62,787 bases of DNA from Euryarchaeota archaeon UBA257 (GTDB taxonomy: Archaea > Thermoplasmatota > Poseidoniia > Poseidoniales > Thalassarchaeaceae), in NCBI GenBank assembly GCA_002498985.1, contig DAJO01000042.1, positions 1 to 62,787 on the forward strand, given 5' to 3'. The position numbers and the translations under genes were made by a program. Below are positions 28,603 through 39,156 of the stretch, piece after piece; the stretch's first letter is position 1; the number at the start of each line of letters is the position of its first letter. The notes under the pieces were generated by a model. That model searched no databases and had not been told where the DNA came from. It saw only the letters and a list, made by a program, of their open reading frames with translations.

Positions 28603-30237
28603 TTAATTTACCTTACCCCATTTCCTTATTGCTACCATCAGTTGCCTTAGTTCTTGGGGTGAGTATGTACGTGATTGGCTGTAAGCCAGTTCAACCAGCC
28701 TAGGGTCGCCTATCATTGCTTGGACCTCTGCAGGGGGTTTTGAAGCCATTTGGTCTCTAGTCAGGTCATGATGGACTCTAACTTTAGTGAATAATGACTG
28801 TTTGACCCTAAGTCTGTAAGTGCTGGGGTCTAATTTTTTGGGCCTCTGATTGAATCTCGTTAAATCGAAAACATGTCTCCAATTTTCTTTTTCTGGTATT
28901 ACCATCATTGAAACAAGTAGTAGTAGTCCTACGTTTAGAACTACTAGCCACTTCAAGAAAGTATTCGAAGTAAGTAAAACTACAGTGGACATTCCTGCTA
29001 CAAATGGTGCAGAAATAGTTCCAGTAACATGTCTACTTTCATCAAAAACTATACGGAAATTAGAATTATCTTGCCTTACTTGACTTGATAGTTGAAAATT
29101 ATCAAATTCCATCATAGAGTGAACTAACATTTGGAAGTAAACACTGTTTCCATTCCAATCGTTGTTATCATTAATTTCATTCATCCAACATTTAGACTCT
29201 ACAATTCCTTCACATGAACTTCTCATACCCGTAAGGGCTGCAGTATCAAAGTCCCATAATCTGTCAGAGAATGCTTCATCATCAGAAACGAATACAATAC
29301 TTCCAGTAACATCGATTTCTTCCAAGTCACTAAAACCACCTTTACCAGTCACTTTGTCAAAGACAGAAATACCTGGGTAGTCAATTCTAACCATCAGAGC
29401 CAAGTCACCAGGTGCAGGGTTTCTTGCATCGCTGGAATCACCATTACCAATAATATCAATAAAAGCAGAAGAAGAAGCAGTTGCTAAGACATTGACTTCT
29501 CTTTGGGTATCTGGATTACTTTGAGGTAAATCTTCAGCTGTAGGTTCGAATCTTATCCCAGTAGGGGATCTGAACATGACCGGTATTCTACACTCTTGGC
29601 TAAGGTCATTATTAGAAATCTGAACATCTGAGCAACCCTTTCTAGCAGCGCCCGCTTCCATTTCATTAACATCATTCTCGACAGAGGCCACGCTCCAAAC
29701 ATTTTGCCATACCGGGTCCTTTACAGTATCATCATCATTATACTCTAGCCAATGTTGATTTTGGTCCAATAGTGGCTTATCAAAATATGATACTCCGAAT
29801 TTTGATGCTAATCTATTTGCATTAGTATTGTCTGCAGCAACTATCACCTTACCTCCTTTTTCTGTAACAAAGTCATAAATTGCATCCGCTGCAGTTTCAT
29901 CAATTGGTTTTTCAGGAGAAACGACAACTAGCATAGTTCTGTGGGGGTCTTTCCAATCATTTACTAACATTGGAGTGGACATGGTGTTAGCTGTAAAATA
30001 ACCTAAATCATTACTATCATCTGTACATTGATCTAGGTCATCTCCGAGGTCGCATCTCATTTCACTTAGTTGCGCTAAACTATCCGATTCATAAGCAGAA
30101 TATGAAGTGTCTTTTCCTATCACCATTAACATCGGAGCAAGAAGAAGTAACACTACTGTTATTGCAATAGAACCAACTACAATAGTATTGAAATCAAATC
30201 TATCTTCATTTCCTTCAGTCAAAATAATCAAATCCAT
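28603..30237 (-). CDS. Membrane-anchored DUF4350-like protein
   Basis: N-terminal TM, FVTEKGGKVIVAAD, GSIVFVSD, IVFDESRH; first gene of the MoxR operon; start uncertain. Confidence 0.6.
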   Translation of the reverse strand: MDLIILTEGNEDRFDFNTIVVGSIAITVVLLLLAPMLMVIGKDTSYSAYESDSLAQLSEMRCDLGDDLDQCTDDSNDLGYFTANTMSTPMLVNDWKDPHRTMLVVVSPEKPIDETAADAIYDFVTEKGGKVIVAADNTNANRLASKFGVSYFDKPLLDQNQHWLEYNDDDTVKDPVWQNVWSVASVENDVNEMEAGAARKGCSDVQISNNDLSQECRIPVMFRSPTGIRFEPTAEDLPQSNPDTQREVNVLATASSSAFIDIIGNGDSSDARNPAPGDLALMVRIDYPGISVFDKVTGKGGFSDLEEIDVTGSIVFVSDDEAFSDRLWDFDTAALTGMRSSCEGIVESKCWMNEINDNNDWNGNSVYFQMLVHSMMEFDNFQLSSQVRQDNSNFRIVFDESRHVTGTISAPFVAGMSTVVLLTSNTFLKWLVVLNVGLLLLVSMMVIPEKENWRHVFDLTRFNQRPKKLDPSTYRLRVKQSLFTKVRVHHDLTRDQMASKPPAEVQAMIGDPRLVELAYSQSRTYSPQELRQLMVAIRKWGKVN

Positions 30238-30391
30238 TTTCTGATGTAGAACATAGCCAAGGCTTACAACTGTCCAAGCGTACAATGAATTGCAGTTATA
30301 TGTTGCTGCTATTAGTTCAGGTAAATTTAACTTAATCTAGTCAATAGATGTTTTATATACACTACCTCAGTTTACTGTTTTTTTGAATTTA

Positions 30392-31345
30392 TTAACATTT
30401 TTTTCGATTATTATTAACATAAAATAGGGCTAAACAGGTTGAAAGCAAAATCGCACTTATTCCTGCTGATGGAAGATTAGTATCAACTACCTCAGTTATA
30501 CTTTCCCCATCATCTGAATCATCTTCATTCTCAGTTGGTTTTGATAGAGGTGGTTCTACAGTTATTGATGTCTCATCGTCTGTAATTTTTGAAGAACCAG
30601 CATTCATCGCGCCATTAGAATGGACTGTAATTTCTAATTTACAATTCTTTCTTGGATGACTCTGTGAAGCAGTAATTTTCAAATCTGCACTGGTAGATTC
30701 ATCCTTTTCCAAGTCCGTAATTAGTAGTTTGTCTAGTCCATTATCCAATGTCATTAGAGGGCAATTATCCGATAGGTCAATTTCTCCGACTTTGTCCTTT
30801 ATGTTGCCATTATTTGACACAGTGACTCTGAGAATCATATCTGTTCCAGCATTCATAGGTCCGACCGGATCATCGATATCTACAGAAATTGAAAATATTG
30901 TTGGTATTTTTAAGTCAGCCATTGCTTCTTGGTTTTCAGGTATGAGGACTTGAACTCCAGCTCTCGTAACTAAGCTTGCAGTAATTTTCATTTCTTCAAC
31001 TGTATTCGCTGCAAAATTATAAACATCGATATCTTTTATCACCAAAGAAAAAGTTTCATTTTCTCCAGCTTGTATTTTTTCAGATTCAGGTCCATCATCT
31101 ACTCCATTAAAAGGGACTTCATATGTGAAACTAACTTCAATTTCAAACATCTGTGTGTTATGAATATAGAACTCTACTACTCTTTCTCCGTCTTCGTTTA
31201 GAAGAAACGAGTTACTGTCATCATCTGCAATATATTTTATCCCTAATTCCCAATTCCCTAATTCAGGTTGCTCTTGCGCAGAACTAATTGTAGCGAAATT
31301 CGCAAGTAAAAATAAACTGACGACGATATAGATGACTTTGTTCAT
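30392..31345 (-). CDS. Secreted Ig-like (CARDB-like) surface protein with C-terminal TM anchor
   Basis: Signal peptide, VTVSNNGNIKD, acidic linker, C-terminal hydrophobic helix plus RKK. Confidence 0.6.
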   Translation of the reverse strand: MNKVIYIVVSLFLLANFATISSAQEQPELGNWELGIKYIADDDSNSFLLNEDGERVVEFYIHNTQMFEIEVSFTYEVPFNGVDDGPESEKIQAGENETFSLVIKDIDVYNFAANTVEEMKITASLVTRAGVQVLIPENQEAMADLKIPTIFSISVDIDDPVGPMNAGTDMILRVTVSNNGNIKDKVGEIDLSDNCPLMTLDNGLDKLLITDLEKDESTSADLKITASQSHPRKNCKLEITVHSNGAMNAGSSKITDDETSITVEPPLSKPTENEDDSDDGESITEVVDTNLPSAGISAILLSTCLALFYVNNNRKKC

Positions 31346-31346
31346 A

Positions 31347-32327
31347 TCACTCACTCATTAACTCCTTACAGGCTCTCTTTGTTAATACCTTCACCATCTT
31401 TCTTCTATATGATGGGGTATACCAAGTATTTGCAACAGGTTTTACTGCTTTACGAATTTTTTCTGAAAGTTGTTTGATACTTTCTTCTCCACTCCAATTT
31501 TTTACAAATTCCATAGCTAAATCTTCATGATATCCCGGAATAGATTCTAGCCCAGTGGTGGCAATTCTCAATTTCTCTAATTTCTCTCCCCTTTTCTTCC
31601 AGAGTGCCGCAACGCCCGCTTCTGGGAAATCCCAAGATTCTCTTTGACGCAACTTTTGGTAGTCTCCTGACCAACTCGAAATTTCTTCAGGAATAGTGAT
31701 ATGAGTTAGTAACTCTCCCGGTAATAGTTTGTTTTTCTTCATTCCATCCAATTCAAAGAAATCAACAAGATCCATTTCTCTCTTCCCAGATGTCGAAATC
31801 AAGTGCACTTTAGCTTCCATACACATCAAAACTGGGGCTAAATCTGCTTGATATGTTGCCACACATAATGTATTCTGATTTGGAATTACTCTACAGTCTG
31901 CTCCGGTGCCGCAATCACACTTGTGACACCAATCTATAGTTTCTCTCCAATCTTCAGTTTGATTATACCAATAACATCTCGTATCTAGGCAAATATTTCC
32001 TCCTACCGTTCCAGATCTTCTAATCATTATGCTAGCAATTGAATTAGCAGATTTTGCTAAGACAGGATGAGTAAAATCTGATTCCGCTAAGTCCTGCAAC
32101 CTAACCATTGCACCAATAGTGGTTTCCGTGAGTTCAGTCAATTGTGAAATATTTGCCAAAGAAATTACATTCTTTTTTGGATTAAGATGCCATTTATAAT
32201 TAGGAATTAGGTCTGTGCCACCGGAAATCCAATCGAAATCTTCTTTCTTTGATTGTAAATTCTTAGCAATTTGAATTGCTTCTTCTACACTACTTGGCGT
32301 ATGAAGTTTGAATGGAGGCATTTTCAT
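31347..32327 (-). CDS. hcrB: Xanthine-dehydrogenase-family FAD subunit with [4Fe-4S] insert (4-hydroxybenzoyl-CoA reductase beta-like)
   Basis: SGGTDLIP, TVGGNICLDTRCYWYNQ..W...WCHK...C......CVATYQADLAP. Confidence 0.8.
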   Translation of the reverse strand: MKMPPFKLHTPSSVEEAIQIAKNLQSKKEDFDWISGGTDLIPNYKWHLNPKKNVISLANISQLTELTETTIGAMVRLQDLAESDFTHPVLAKSANSIASIMIRRSGTVGGNICLDTRCYWYNQTEDWRETIDWCHKCDCGTGADCRVIPNQNTLCVATYQADLAPVLMCMEAKVHLISTSGKREMDLVDFFELDGMKKNKLLPGELLTHITIPEEISSWSGDYQKLRQRESWDFPEAGVAALWKKRGEKLEKLRIATTGLESIPGYHEDLAMEFVKNWSGEESIKQLSEKIRKAVKPVANTWYTPSYRRKMVKVLTKRACKELMSE

Positions 32328-35113
32328 TTTAGTCCCTCCCTCTTTCTTCTTTCAGTGTGAACCCATGCACTTCCTGCCAATCTAGGATTTTCTAGATATT
32401 CTTCAGAAGGTATGACAGTTACTTCCCAACTTTCATCAACCTCATCCGGCGGAATTGTTGGGTCCATACCAAATAAAGCTCCATTGTGATAGGGTTCAAT
32501 TTCGGATGACAATCTTCTTTCTTTATCTCTGATTGAATGTTCTCCTGCTCTTTTCTCAAGGATATCTTGTAATTCTGAATGCTTTAATCTGGGCGACGGT
32601 AAATCAGCGGGGTCATCAATTTTTAAATCTCGACATTTTCTTTCTATATTTTTGTATAGTCTATCTGGAGTAATTGGTAACTCATTCATCCTAACTCCGA
32701 TTGCATCGTAAACTGCATTACATACAGCTGGTAAAATAGGCAACAAAGGGCCTTCTCCAGCTTCTTTCGCACCAAATGGTCCCTCGGGATCATTTGATTC
32801 CACTATAATAGGAGTTACATGTGGCATTTCATGTACACTAGGGATCTTATAATCTAGTAAATCTGTATTCATTAGATTTCCAGTTCTACCATATCTCATT
32901 TCTTCTGAGAGAACTTGTCCCATGCCCATGTGACAAGAGCCTATGATTTGTCCTTTGACTGCTAGTGGATTAAGCGCTTTCCCACAATCATGAGCAGCCC
33001 AAACTTTCTCGACCTTTGTTTGACCAGTTTCAACATCAACTTTCACTTCAGCTACATATGCCGAAAATGAATATGCAGGCGCTAAACCTGCAGCCGCACC
33101 TTTGTGTGCTCTACCCATTGGAGGTGTTCTGTAGGCTCCTGAGGCAACTAACGCTCCTCGATCTTCCTGGGCTTTGTGCAACGCCTCAAGGTAAGATACA
33201 CCAATTGCAGGGTCATCTTTTCTGAAAATCCTCCTGTCTCCAATAACTAGTTTTTCAATTGGTGCTTTGGTGATTTCAGAAGTTGCGTCCAATAAATCAT
33301 TTCTAATTTCCATTGCAGCCGAAATCGCGGCATTTGCATTCATGAATGTTACTCTTGATGAATAAGAGCCTAAATCAACTGGAGATGTATCAGTTTCCCT
33401 AGATTTTATTCTAATCATATCCAATGGTAATCCTAGAACCTCTGCAACAGATTGGGCCACTACAGTATCTGACCCTTGCCCTATATCTGCTGCTCCTGTA
33501 TGTACAGTTACTCCGCCATCCATATCGATTTTCAAATGAACTGTTGCATGTGGGAACTTGTTTGGGTCCCAATGTATAGGCAGTCCACTACCTGAAATAA
33601 AGAACCCACAACCAATTCCGATGCCATGTCCGAGAGGCATTTTTCTGAACTTATCTTTCCATCCAGATTCTTTCATTACTCTTTCTAAACATTCTCTCAT
33701 CCCTATGCTAGTAACTCTGAATCCAGTAATTGTTGCAGAGTGAGGTGGTAATAAATTAGCTAATCTGAAAGATATAGGGTCAACTTGTAATTGTTCGGAA
33801 ATATCGTCAATACCTACTTCTACTGCACATCTTGAATTAACAGCACCATGTCCTCTCATGGCTCCACTGGCAGGTTTGTTTGTCCACACTCTTGCTCCAG
33901 TGTAGTGAAATGCTCCAATCTCATAAGGAGCAGTATGTAGAACTCCATTGTAATATGTAGTTACATGTCCAAAAGATGCAAATGCGCCTCCATCGATTAG
34001 TGCATCTGTCTCAATTCCACATAGTCTACCTTCTTCGTCAGCATGTAGATTCATTTCAATATGGGAGGGATGTCTTCCTCTATTTATCCAATAAACTTCC
34101 TCTCTATCAAATGTAATTCTAACAGGTCTACCAGATTTACGTGCTAGTATAGAGGCACACATTTCATGTGGAAAAGGATCGGATTTTCCACCAAATCCTC
34201 CTCCTACAAAGGTTCGATGTACATTTATCTGATGCATTGGTATTTCTAATACATCCGCTAAAGCCCTGTGTACGTAATGAGGAACCTGTTGAGGCGTGTA
34301 AAGCGTTAACCTTCCTGACGGATCCCAATCAGCCACAACAGCGTGAGGTTCAGTGGCTGCATGGTTAACTCCATTGAAAAACCAATTTTTTTTATGACTG
34401 GCTACAGCATTTTTCTTCATCGATTTAATGTGCCCAAATTCTTGAAACACTCTTTTCTGTATATTTGCCTCGCCAATATGATATTCTCCTCTGTCATGAA
34501 TAGGAACCTCTGAATCTTTCAATCCATCTTTCATGTCGTGAATTGAGTCTAGAATTTCATATTCAATATTAATCAATCTAACTGCTTCTAGAGCAGTAGC
34601 TTCATCCTCTGCTGCAACACATGCAATTAGGTCTCCAATGTGCCTAACTCTATCAACTGCCATGGCATGTTCATCTTTTGTTACAGGAAGGACTCCAAAT
34701 TTATTTTTTGCATCATCTCCCGTGGCAATGGAAACGACCCCTGGTAAATTTAATGCATCTGACAAGTCGATAGATAAAATTCTTGCATAATGGTATGGTG
34801 ATCTTACAATTTTACCTATTAGCTCATTTGGTAGTCTAATATCGTCGCCATACTTTGCTCTTCCTGTAACTTTCCAATTACTGTCAACTAAAGATGTAGG
34901 TTTGCCAACAACCCTTCCAGTAATCAAATTATCATGTCTATGGTTTCCCCAAGGTTGTTTTTTCATTCCTCCTTGACTTTCAGGAATCATTTTTTCATCT
35001 CTAGGTTCACTGAAAGAGTTTTTACCTCCTGAACCTGGTCTGGAGAAAGAAATTTTTCCTGGTTGTTGCCGGTAACCAACCATCTCATCCTTTTCCTCAT
35101 CAGACATTATCAT
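32324..35113 (-). CDS. hcrA: Molybdopterin-binding large subunit, 4-hydroxybenzoyl-CoA reductase alpha-like
   Basis: QVPHYVH, GGGFGGK, AMRGHG, PHATVHLKIDMDGG, TGAADIGQGS, GSYSSRVTFM, GAKEAGEG. Confidence 0.8.
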   Translation of the reverse strand: MIMSDEEKDEMVGYRQQPGKISFSRPGSGGKNSFSEPRDEKMIPESQGGMKKQPWGNHRHDNLITGRVVGKPTSLVDSNWKVTGRAKYGDDIRLPNELIGKIVRSPYHYARILSIDLSDALNLPGVVSIATGDDAKNKFGVLPVTKDEHAMAVDRVRHIGDLIACVAAEDEATALEAVRLINIEYEILDSIHDMKDGLKDSEVPIHDRGEYHIGEANIQKRVFQEFGHIKSMKKNAVASHKKNWFFNGVNHAATEPHAVVADWDPSGRLTLYTPQQVPHYVHRALADVLEIPMHQINVHRTFVGGGFGGKSDPFPHEMCASILARKSGRPVRITFDREEVYWINRGRHPSHIEMNLHADEEGRLCGIETDALIDGGAFASFGHVTTYYNGVLHTAPYEIGAFHYTGARVWTNKPASGAMRGHGAVNSRCAVEVGIDDISEQLQVDPISFRLANLLPPHSATITGFRVTSIGMRECLERVMKESGWKDKFRKMPLGHGIGIGCGFFISGSGLPIHWDPNKFPHATVHLKIDMDGGVTVHTGAADIGQGSDTVVAQSVAEVLGLPLDMIRIKSRETDTSPVDLGSYSSRVTFMNANAAISAAMEIRNDLLDATSEITKAPIEKLVIGDRRIFRKDDPAIGVSYLEALHKAQEDRGALVASGAYRTPPMGRAHKGAAAGLAPAYSFSAYVAEVKVDVETGQTKVEKVWAAHDCGKALNPLAVKGQIIGSCHMGMGQVLSEEMRYGRTGNLMNTDLLDYKIPSVHEMPHVTPIIVESNDPEGPFGAKEAGEGPLLPILPAVCNAVYDAIGVRMNELPITPDRLYKNIERKCRDLKIDDPADLPSPRLKHSELQDILEKRAGEHSIRDKERRLSSEIEPYHNGALFGMDPTIPPDEVDESWEVTVIPSEEYLENPRLAGSAWVHTERRKREGLK

Positions 35114-35116
35114 CCC

Positions 35117-35683
35117 TCAATTTTCAAATCCCGGATTCGGATTACTTTTTGGTGTAGTAGTATTTTCTATTTTATTGCCAGAAACTAATAATTCACTGGC
35201 GGCTTTAACCGAATCAACAATTTGTTGGTATCCTGTGCATCTACATAGATTCCCTTCGATAGCATTCTTAATTTCTAATTCATTAGGGGTAGGATTTTCC
35301 TCTAATAGTGAAGAGATTACTACTAAGAATCCGGGTGTACAAAAACCACACTGACTCCCTCCATATTCGCTAAACATTTCTTGTATAGGATGTAGGTGGT
35401 GTCCATCGGACAAACCTTCTACTGTAGTAATCTCCTTACTCTCAACTTCTTGTGCTAATACTAAGCAAGACAACTTAGGTTTTCCATTTACTAATACTGA
35501 ACAACAACCACATGTCCCCATGTCACAACCCCTCTTGACTCCTAGTGTGCCTACTTGATCTCTTAGAACATCTAAGAGAATAGCATTACTCTCAATATGT
35601 TTTGAAATTTCTTTGCCATTTACTTTTGCTTTCCAAGGTATTTTTTCAGGGCCTGGAAGCATCGGTAGACGTATGACACTCAT
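35117..35683 (-). CDS. hcrC: 2x[2Fe-2S] small subunit (HcrC/CoxS-like)
   Basis: GCDMGTCGCC, SCL, QCGFCTPG, GNLCRCTGY; start after GGTGA. Confidence 0.85.
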   Translation of the reverse strand: MSVIRLPMLPGPEKIPWKAKVNGKEISKHIESNAILLDVLRDQVGTLGVKRGCDMGTCGCCSVLVNGKPKLSCLVLAQEVESKEITTVEGLSDGHHLHPIQEMFSEYGGSQCGFCTPGFLVVISSLLEENPTPNELEIKNAIEGNLCRCTGYQQIVDSVKAASELLVSGNKIENTTTPKSNPNPGFEN

Positions 35684-35740
35684 GTGAACATCTTCACCAC
35701 ACGGGCTCTCCATTTGAGTATTCGGATTTTCATCCTCAAC

Positions 35741-36391
35741 TTATTCAAGATCCTTCATTACTTTATTCATTATTTCGACTTCTGCTCTTCTTATGTGCTC
35801 ACCATAAGTACTTCTTGCCATATTCATCTCGTCAGCTAGTTGTTTCAGAGTGACACTTCTGTCCATGCTGTAGAATCCTTTTCTAGTAGCGTGCTTCAAA
35901 ACTTCTATCTGTCTTTCAGTCAAAATTGACTCCCACACACTTCCATTATCTTCTTTTTGAAAGGTTTGAACTGATATATTGTCTGGAGGTAAAACCATTC
36001 TAATGAGTCTGATGAACCTACTTACGGACTTTGACAAGCCAGAAATTCTCAATTCCATGCCTTTTTCTTCTGAAATACCGTAAGGAGGGTGAATATGTAT
36101 ATTTGATAATTCAATTGCAGAGATTGCTAGTGGATGAGTACACAATAAACTTACTAAAACTCCATCCTCATTCTCTTCATGTGTCTCAATTACCTTGAAG
36201 TTCTCTAAATCTGAAAAATCATCTATACTTTTTCCTTTTTTTAACTTAATTTCAGCTAACTGAGTAACACTTTTTTCATTTATTGCCAGATGTCCAAGAA
36301 TTTCCATTCTCTCACATAAATTAAGAATTTCTGATATTTCTGTTGCACCGTAAAGTGAGATGGTTTTCCACCTAAGTATCACTTTACGCAT
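35741..36391 (-). CDS. Archaeal HTH_10 (Bat-type) transcription regulator
   Basis: LTERQIEVLKHATRKGFY...VTLKQLADEMNMARSTYGEHIRRAE. Confidence 0.88.
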   Translation of the reverse strand: MRKVILRWKTISLYGATEISEILNLCERMEILGHLAINEKSVTQLAEIKLKKGKSIDDFSDLENFKVIETHEENEDGVLVSLLCTHPLAISAIELSNIHIHPPYGISEEKGMELRISGLSKSVSRFIRLIRMVLPPDNISVQTFQKEDNGSVWESILTERQIEVLKHATRKGFYSMDRSVTLKQLADEMNMARSTYGEHIRRAEVEIMNKVMKDLE

Positions 36392-36434
36392 ACTACGTGG
36401 AACGTACTTTTGTTATTGAACCCCTCGGTAATTA

Positions 36435-37652
36435 TTAATTCCAATACGTTTCACGAATTTCTTGATTAGTTTCCATGCATAGTGTCACATCAGAAGGCCT
36501 TTCCGGTTGTATTAAATTCCCATTCAAATGATTAATCATTGGCTCCACATTAGACTCATTTACTACTCCCCAACCAATCTGTGTGCATGGAGCAACTGGA
36601 GATACGGGGGTAGTTCCAGAAAGGGGGTCCCAAGTATTGAATGATGGGTACCAGGCGGATAGATTTAGCGCATCTCTAATTTGTGCTTGTGAAATATTCA
36701 TATCATCTCCATTTACTAAATATCCACTTCTTAGATTTGGGTCTGCTCCTGAAGAGAAATCTCCCGATTCAGTTCTTAAGTGTTGAATTACCTTCGAAAG
36801 AAGCCCCGCAGTTCTTGGTGTTGCAAAAGAGGTACCGCTGGTTTCATGATAGCCATCAATATCATCATGGTTTGGTAACACTTGAGTCCAATCCGCAGCT
36901 ATATCTGGATATGAACCACTCATAGTTTCCTTCTGATCATCTCCCTCTTCTGCATATCCTGAGATTCCAATGCTCCAGGGTGGTCCTGCTGTCGAATCTT
37001 GAACTGCTGGCGAGGGTGAATTATCTGCAGCACCTGTATGAATTTTCTTCTCTTGTACAACTGCAATCTCAGTTGCATCTTCTATCCCTGGTACAGGAAT
37101 TGAGCCTATTGGCCCGAAACTAGTACTGATAATATCCACTAATGGTTGGTTAGCAGCCGCTAATACTGCAGCGTCACTGAATCCCTCAACAAAGAATATA
37201 ATGGCATCAGGATTTGCATCCAAAACTGCTCCTGTCACTGCGGTACCATGACCATCAGAGGGGTCATCTAGAATTGGTATTTCTGTATTATCATCAGGTG
37301 TTGTACCGATAATTTTTGTCCCAGGGAAATAAACTATGTCTGTAGAATTAATATTATCCCAACATGTTTCTTTATCGGCCTCATATCTTTCCTGCCAAGT
37401 CCCAGAAAATGTCAAATCACATGTCATTGTTACTCCCAAACCATCTAGAAGCCATTCCGGAAAAGTCTCATTTGTCCTAAAATGATCGTGATATACGTTG
37501 ATTCCAGTATCTACAGGCGCTACAACAGAATAATTTCTGAACATATCATCGTCTTCAATCAAAGTTTCATCTACAGAATCATCAGAGATACACCCGCTGA
37601 GTGATGCCGTAATCATTACCAAGACTAATGACAAACTAAGTTGTTTCATCAA
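36435..37652 (-). CDS. S8 (subtilisin-like) peptidase, lipoprotein
   Basis: Lipobox LSGC; triad motifs VDTGIN, HGTAVTG, SGTSFATP. Confidence 0.85.
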   Translation of the reverse strand: MMKQLSLSLVLVMITASLSGCISDDSVDETLIEDDDMFRNYSVVAPVDTGINVYHDHFRTNETFPEWLLDGLGVTMTCDLTFSGTWQERYEADKETCWDNINSTDIVYFPGTKIIGTTPDDNTEIPILDDPSDGHGTAVTGAVLDANPDAIIFFVEGFSDAAVLAAANQPLVDIISTSFGPIGSIPVPGIEDATEIAVVQEKKIHTGAADNSPSPAVQDSTAGPPWSIGISGYAEEGDDQKETMSGSYPDIAADWTQVLPNHDDIDGYHETSGTSFATPRTAGLLSKVIQHLRTESGDFSSGADPNLRSGYLVNGDDMNISQAQIRDALNLSAWYPSFNTWDPLSGTTPVSPVAPCTQIGWGVVNESNVEPMINHLNGNLIQPERPSDVTLCMETNQEIRETYWN

Positions 37653-37675
37653 TCAACCGAGACGTTATTTCTTTT

Positions 37676-38521
37676 TCAGTTCTCCGTGTGAGTGATTTTT
37701 CTTTCTAATGCTAGAATCTCTGCACAGACCGCTAATCCAATTTCTTCAGGTGTTTCAGCACCAATGTCAATACCAATCGGACATCGTGCATTATTGAACC
37801 ATTCTTCGCGAACACCATCATCCATTGCCGCTTTCTTGAATGACTTCCATTTCGAGACTGATCCAATCGCTCCAATTCTAGGCCTTGAATCATCTTTTCG
37901 TAATTTCAGGAATCCTAACAATAATTCTTGATCTACTGACCAATCATGCCCTAACAATAGAATATCTGAAAATCGTTTTATAGATTCAGAATCTTCCGAT
38001 TCAAGAAAATCATTTGCATTCATTGAGATGTTTTCATTGGAGAATGGATATTTTTCAGCATTAGAATATTCTTTTCTAACGTCAAAAACAGAGTAATCCC
38101 AACCTAATGATTCGGCAACTAGTCCGACACATCTTCCTACATGCCCTCCACCTGCAATCAAAATATGAGGCATTGGTTCAATAATCTCCATACTCACTTT
38201 GACTTGCCCTCCACACAGGCTGTCAAGAGCTATGCCTTCTTTTCCTTTCGCATCCTTGTAAAGATAGAATGTTTCTATTAATCCACCTTTCTTCCGATTT
38301 ACTTTGTGTTCTTCATTTAATAATTGAATTAATTTTTTTTCGATTTTTAGTTCTAATCCCGCACCGCCTACGGTACCAAAGTTTTGCATTTTTGAATTAA
38401 TTGCTAGTTTTGCCCCAGGTTTACCAGGAACACTTCCTTTTGCAGAGACAATTGTTGCGATGGCGACCCTGTGACCCTGTTTTACTTCATCCAATGCCCA
38501 AGACAAAACATGAACTGACAT
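37676..38521 (-). CDS. xdhC: XdhC/CoxI molybdoenzyme maturation factor
   Basis: GSVPGKPGAK, GTVGGAGLE, CGG, GGGHVG, CPIGIDIGAETPEEI. Confidence 0.92.
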   Translation of the reverse strand: MSVHVLSWALDEVKQGHRVAIATIVSAKGSVPGKPGAKLAINSKMQNFGTVGGAGLELKIEKKLIQLLNEEHKVNRKKGGLIETFYLYKDAKGKEGIALDSLCGGQVKVSMEIIEPMPHILIAGGGHVGRCVGLVAESLGWDYSVFDVRKEYSNAEKYPFSNENISMNANDFLESEDSESIKRFSDILLLGHDWSVDQELLLGFLKLRKDDSRPRIGAIGSVSKWKSFKKAAMDDGVREEWFNNARCPIGIDIGAETPEEIGLAVCAEILALERKITHTEN

Positions 38522-38577
38522 ATACCTCTGAGGGGGCCCTATACTTTTTGATTTTGTATATCATTGTCAGGAAACAA

Positions 38578-39156
38578 TCACAAATCATGTTCAATAGTAA
38601 TTTCTCTTAGTTTTTCTAAATCTTCAGGAAAATCTATGTTTAGGTGTAAGAACTCATCATCCACTTCGACTTTTATTGGATTGATAATATCTCGGAGAGG
38701 AGTTGAAGGATTACTTGAAAGAATTTTTTCACAATCCTCTTTAGATAAAATTACTGGGTGTCCACCTTTACCATTCTTACTGGGACAACATGTATTTTCC
38801 GAATTAATTAATTTTTCAATAGTTGTATTTGAGAACCCTGGCCGGTCTACTGGAACTATCAGGCATCTTTCGCTTTCAAGTTCCTTAATTCCACATTGTA
38901 TGCTCCCAGTTCTGCCACTCTCTGGCTGAGTATTAATGACTACCTTCTCGCCTAACTTTTCCATTTCATTAAATAATTCTGCTCGAGTAACAATAATTAT
39001 TCTCAATTTTTTTTGCTTTAATTTTCTAATTAATATCTGAATCAATGATTCGCCATGAATATCAACCAATGCTTTAGGTTCTCCTAGTCTTTTACTGGCA
39101 CCTGCAGTAAGTAGAATTGCATCTATTTGGCTCAAACTAACCACTGTTTTCATCAT
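38578..39156 (-). CDS. MocA/MobA-like molybdenum cofactor nucleotidyltransferase
   Basis: LTAGASKRLGEPKAL, PVDRP, GGHPV, NIDFPEDL; next to xdhC; true start may be TTG near 39135. Confidence 0.85.
   Translation of the reverse strand: MMKTVVSLSQIDAILLTAGASKRLGEPKALVDIHGESLIQILIRKLKQKKLRIIIVTRAELFNEMEKLGEKVVINTQPESGRTGSIQCGIKELESERCLIVPVDRPGFSNTTIEKLINSENTCCPSKNGKGGHPVILSKEDCEKILSSNPSTPLRDIINPIKVEVDDEFLHLNIDFPEDLEKLREITIEHDL

Noticed and set aside
30286-30391. AT-rich gap as possible ncRNA
   Set aside because: No convincing stem-loop or C/D boxes; the T-tract and promoter needs explain it.
32324-35113. Aerobic CO dehydrogenase (coxL)
   Set aside because: The active-site loop is AMRGHG, not AYxCSFR (form I) or AYxGAGR (form II).
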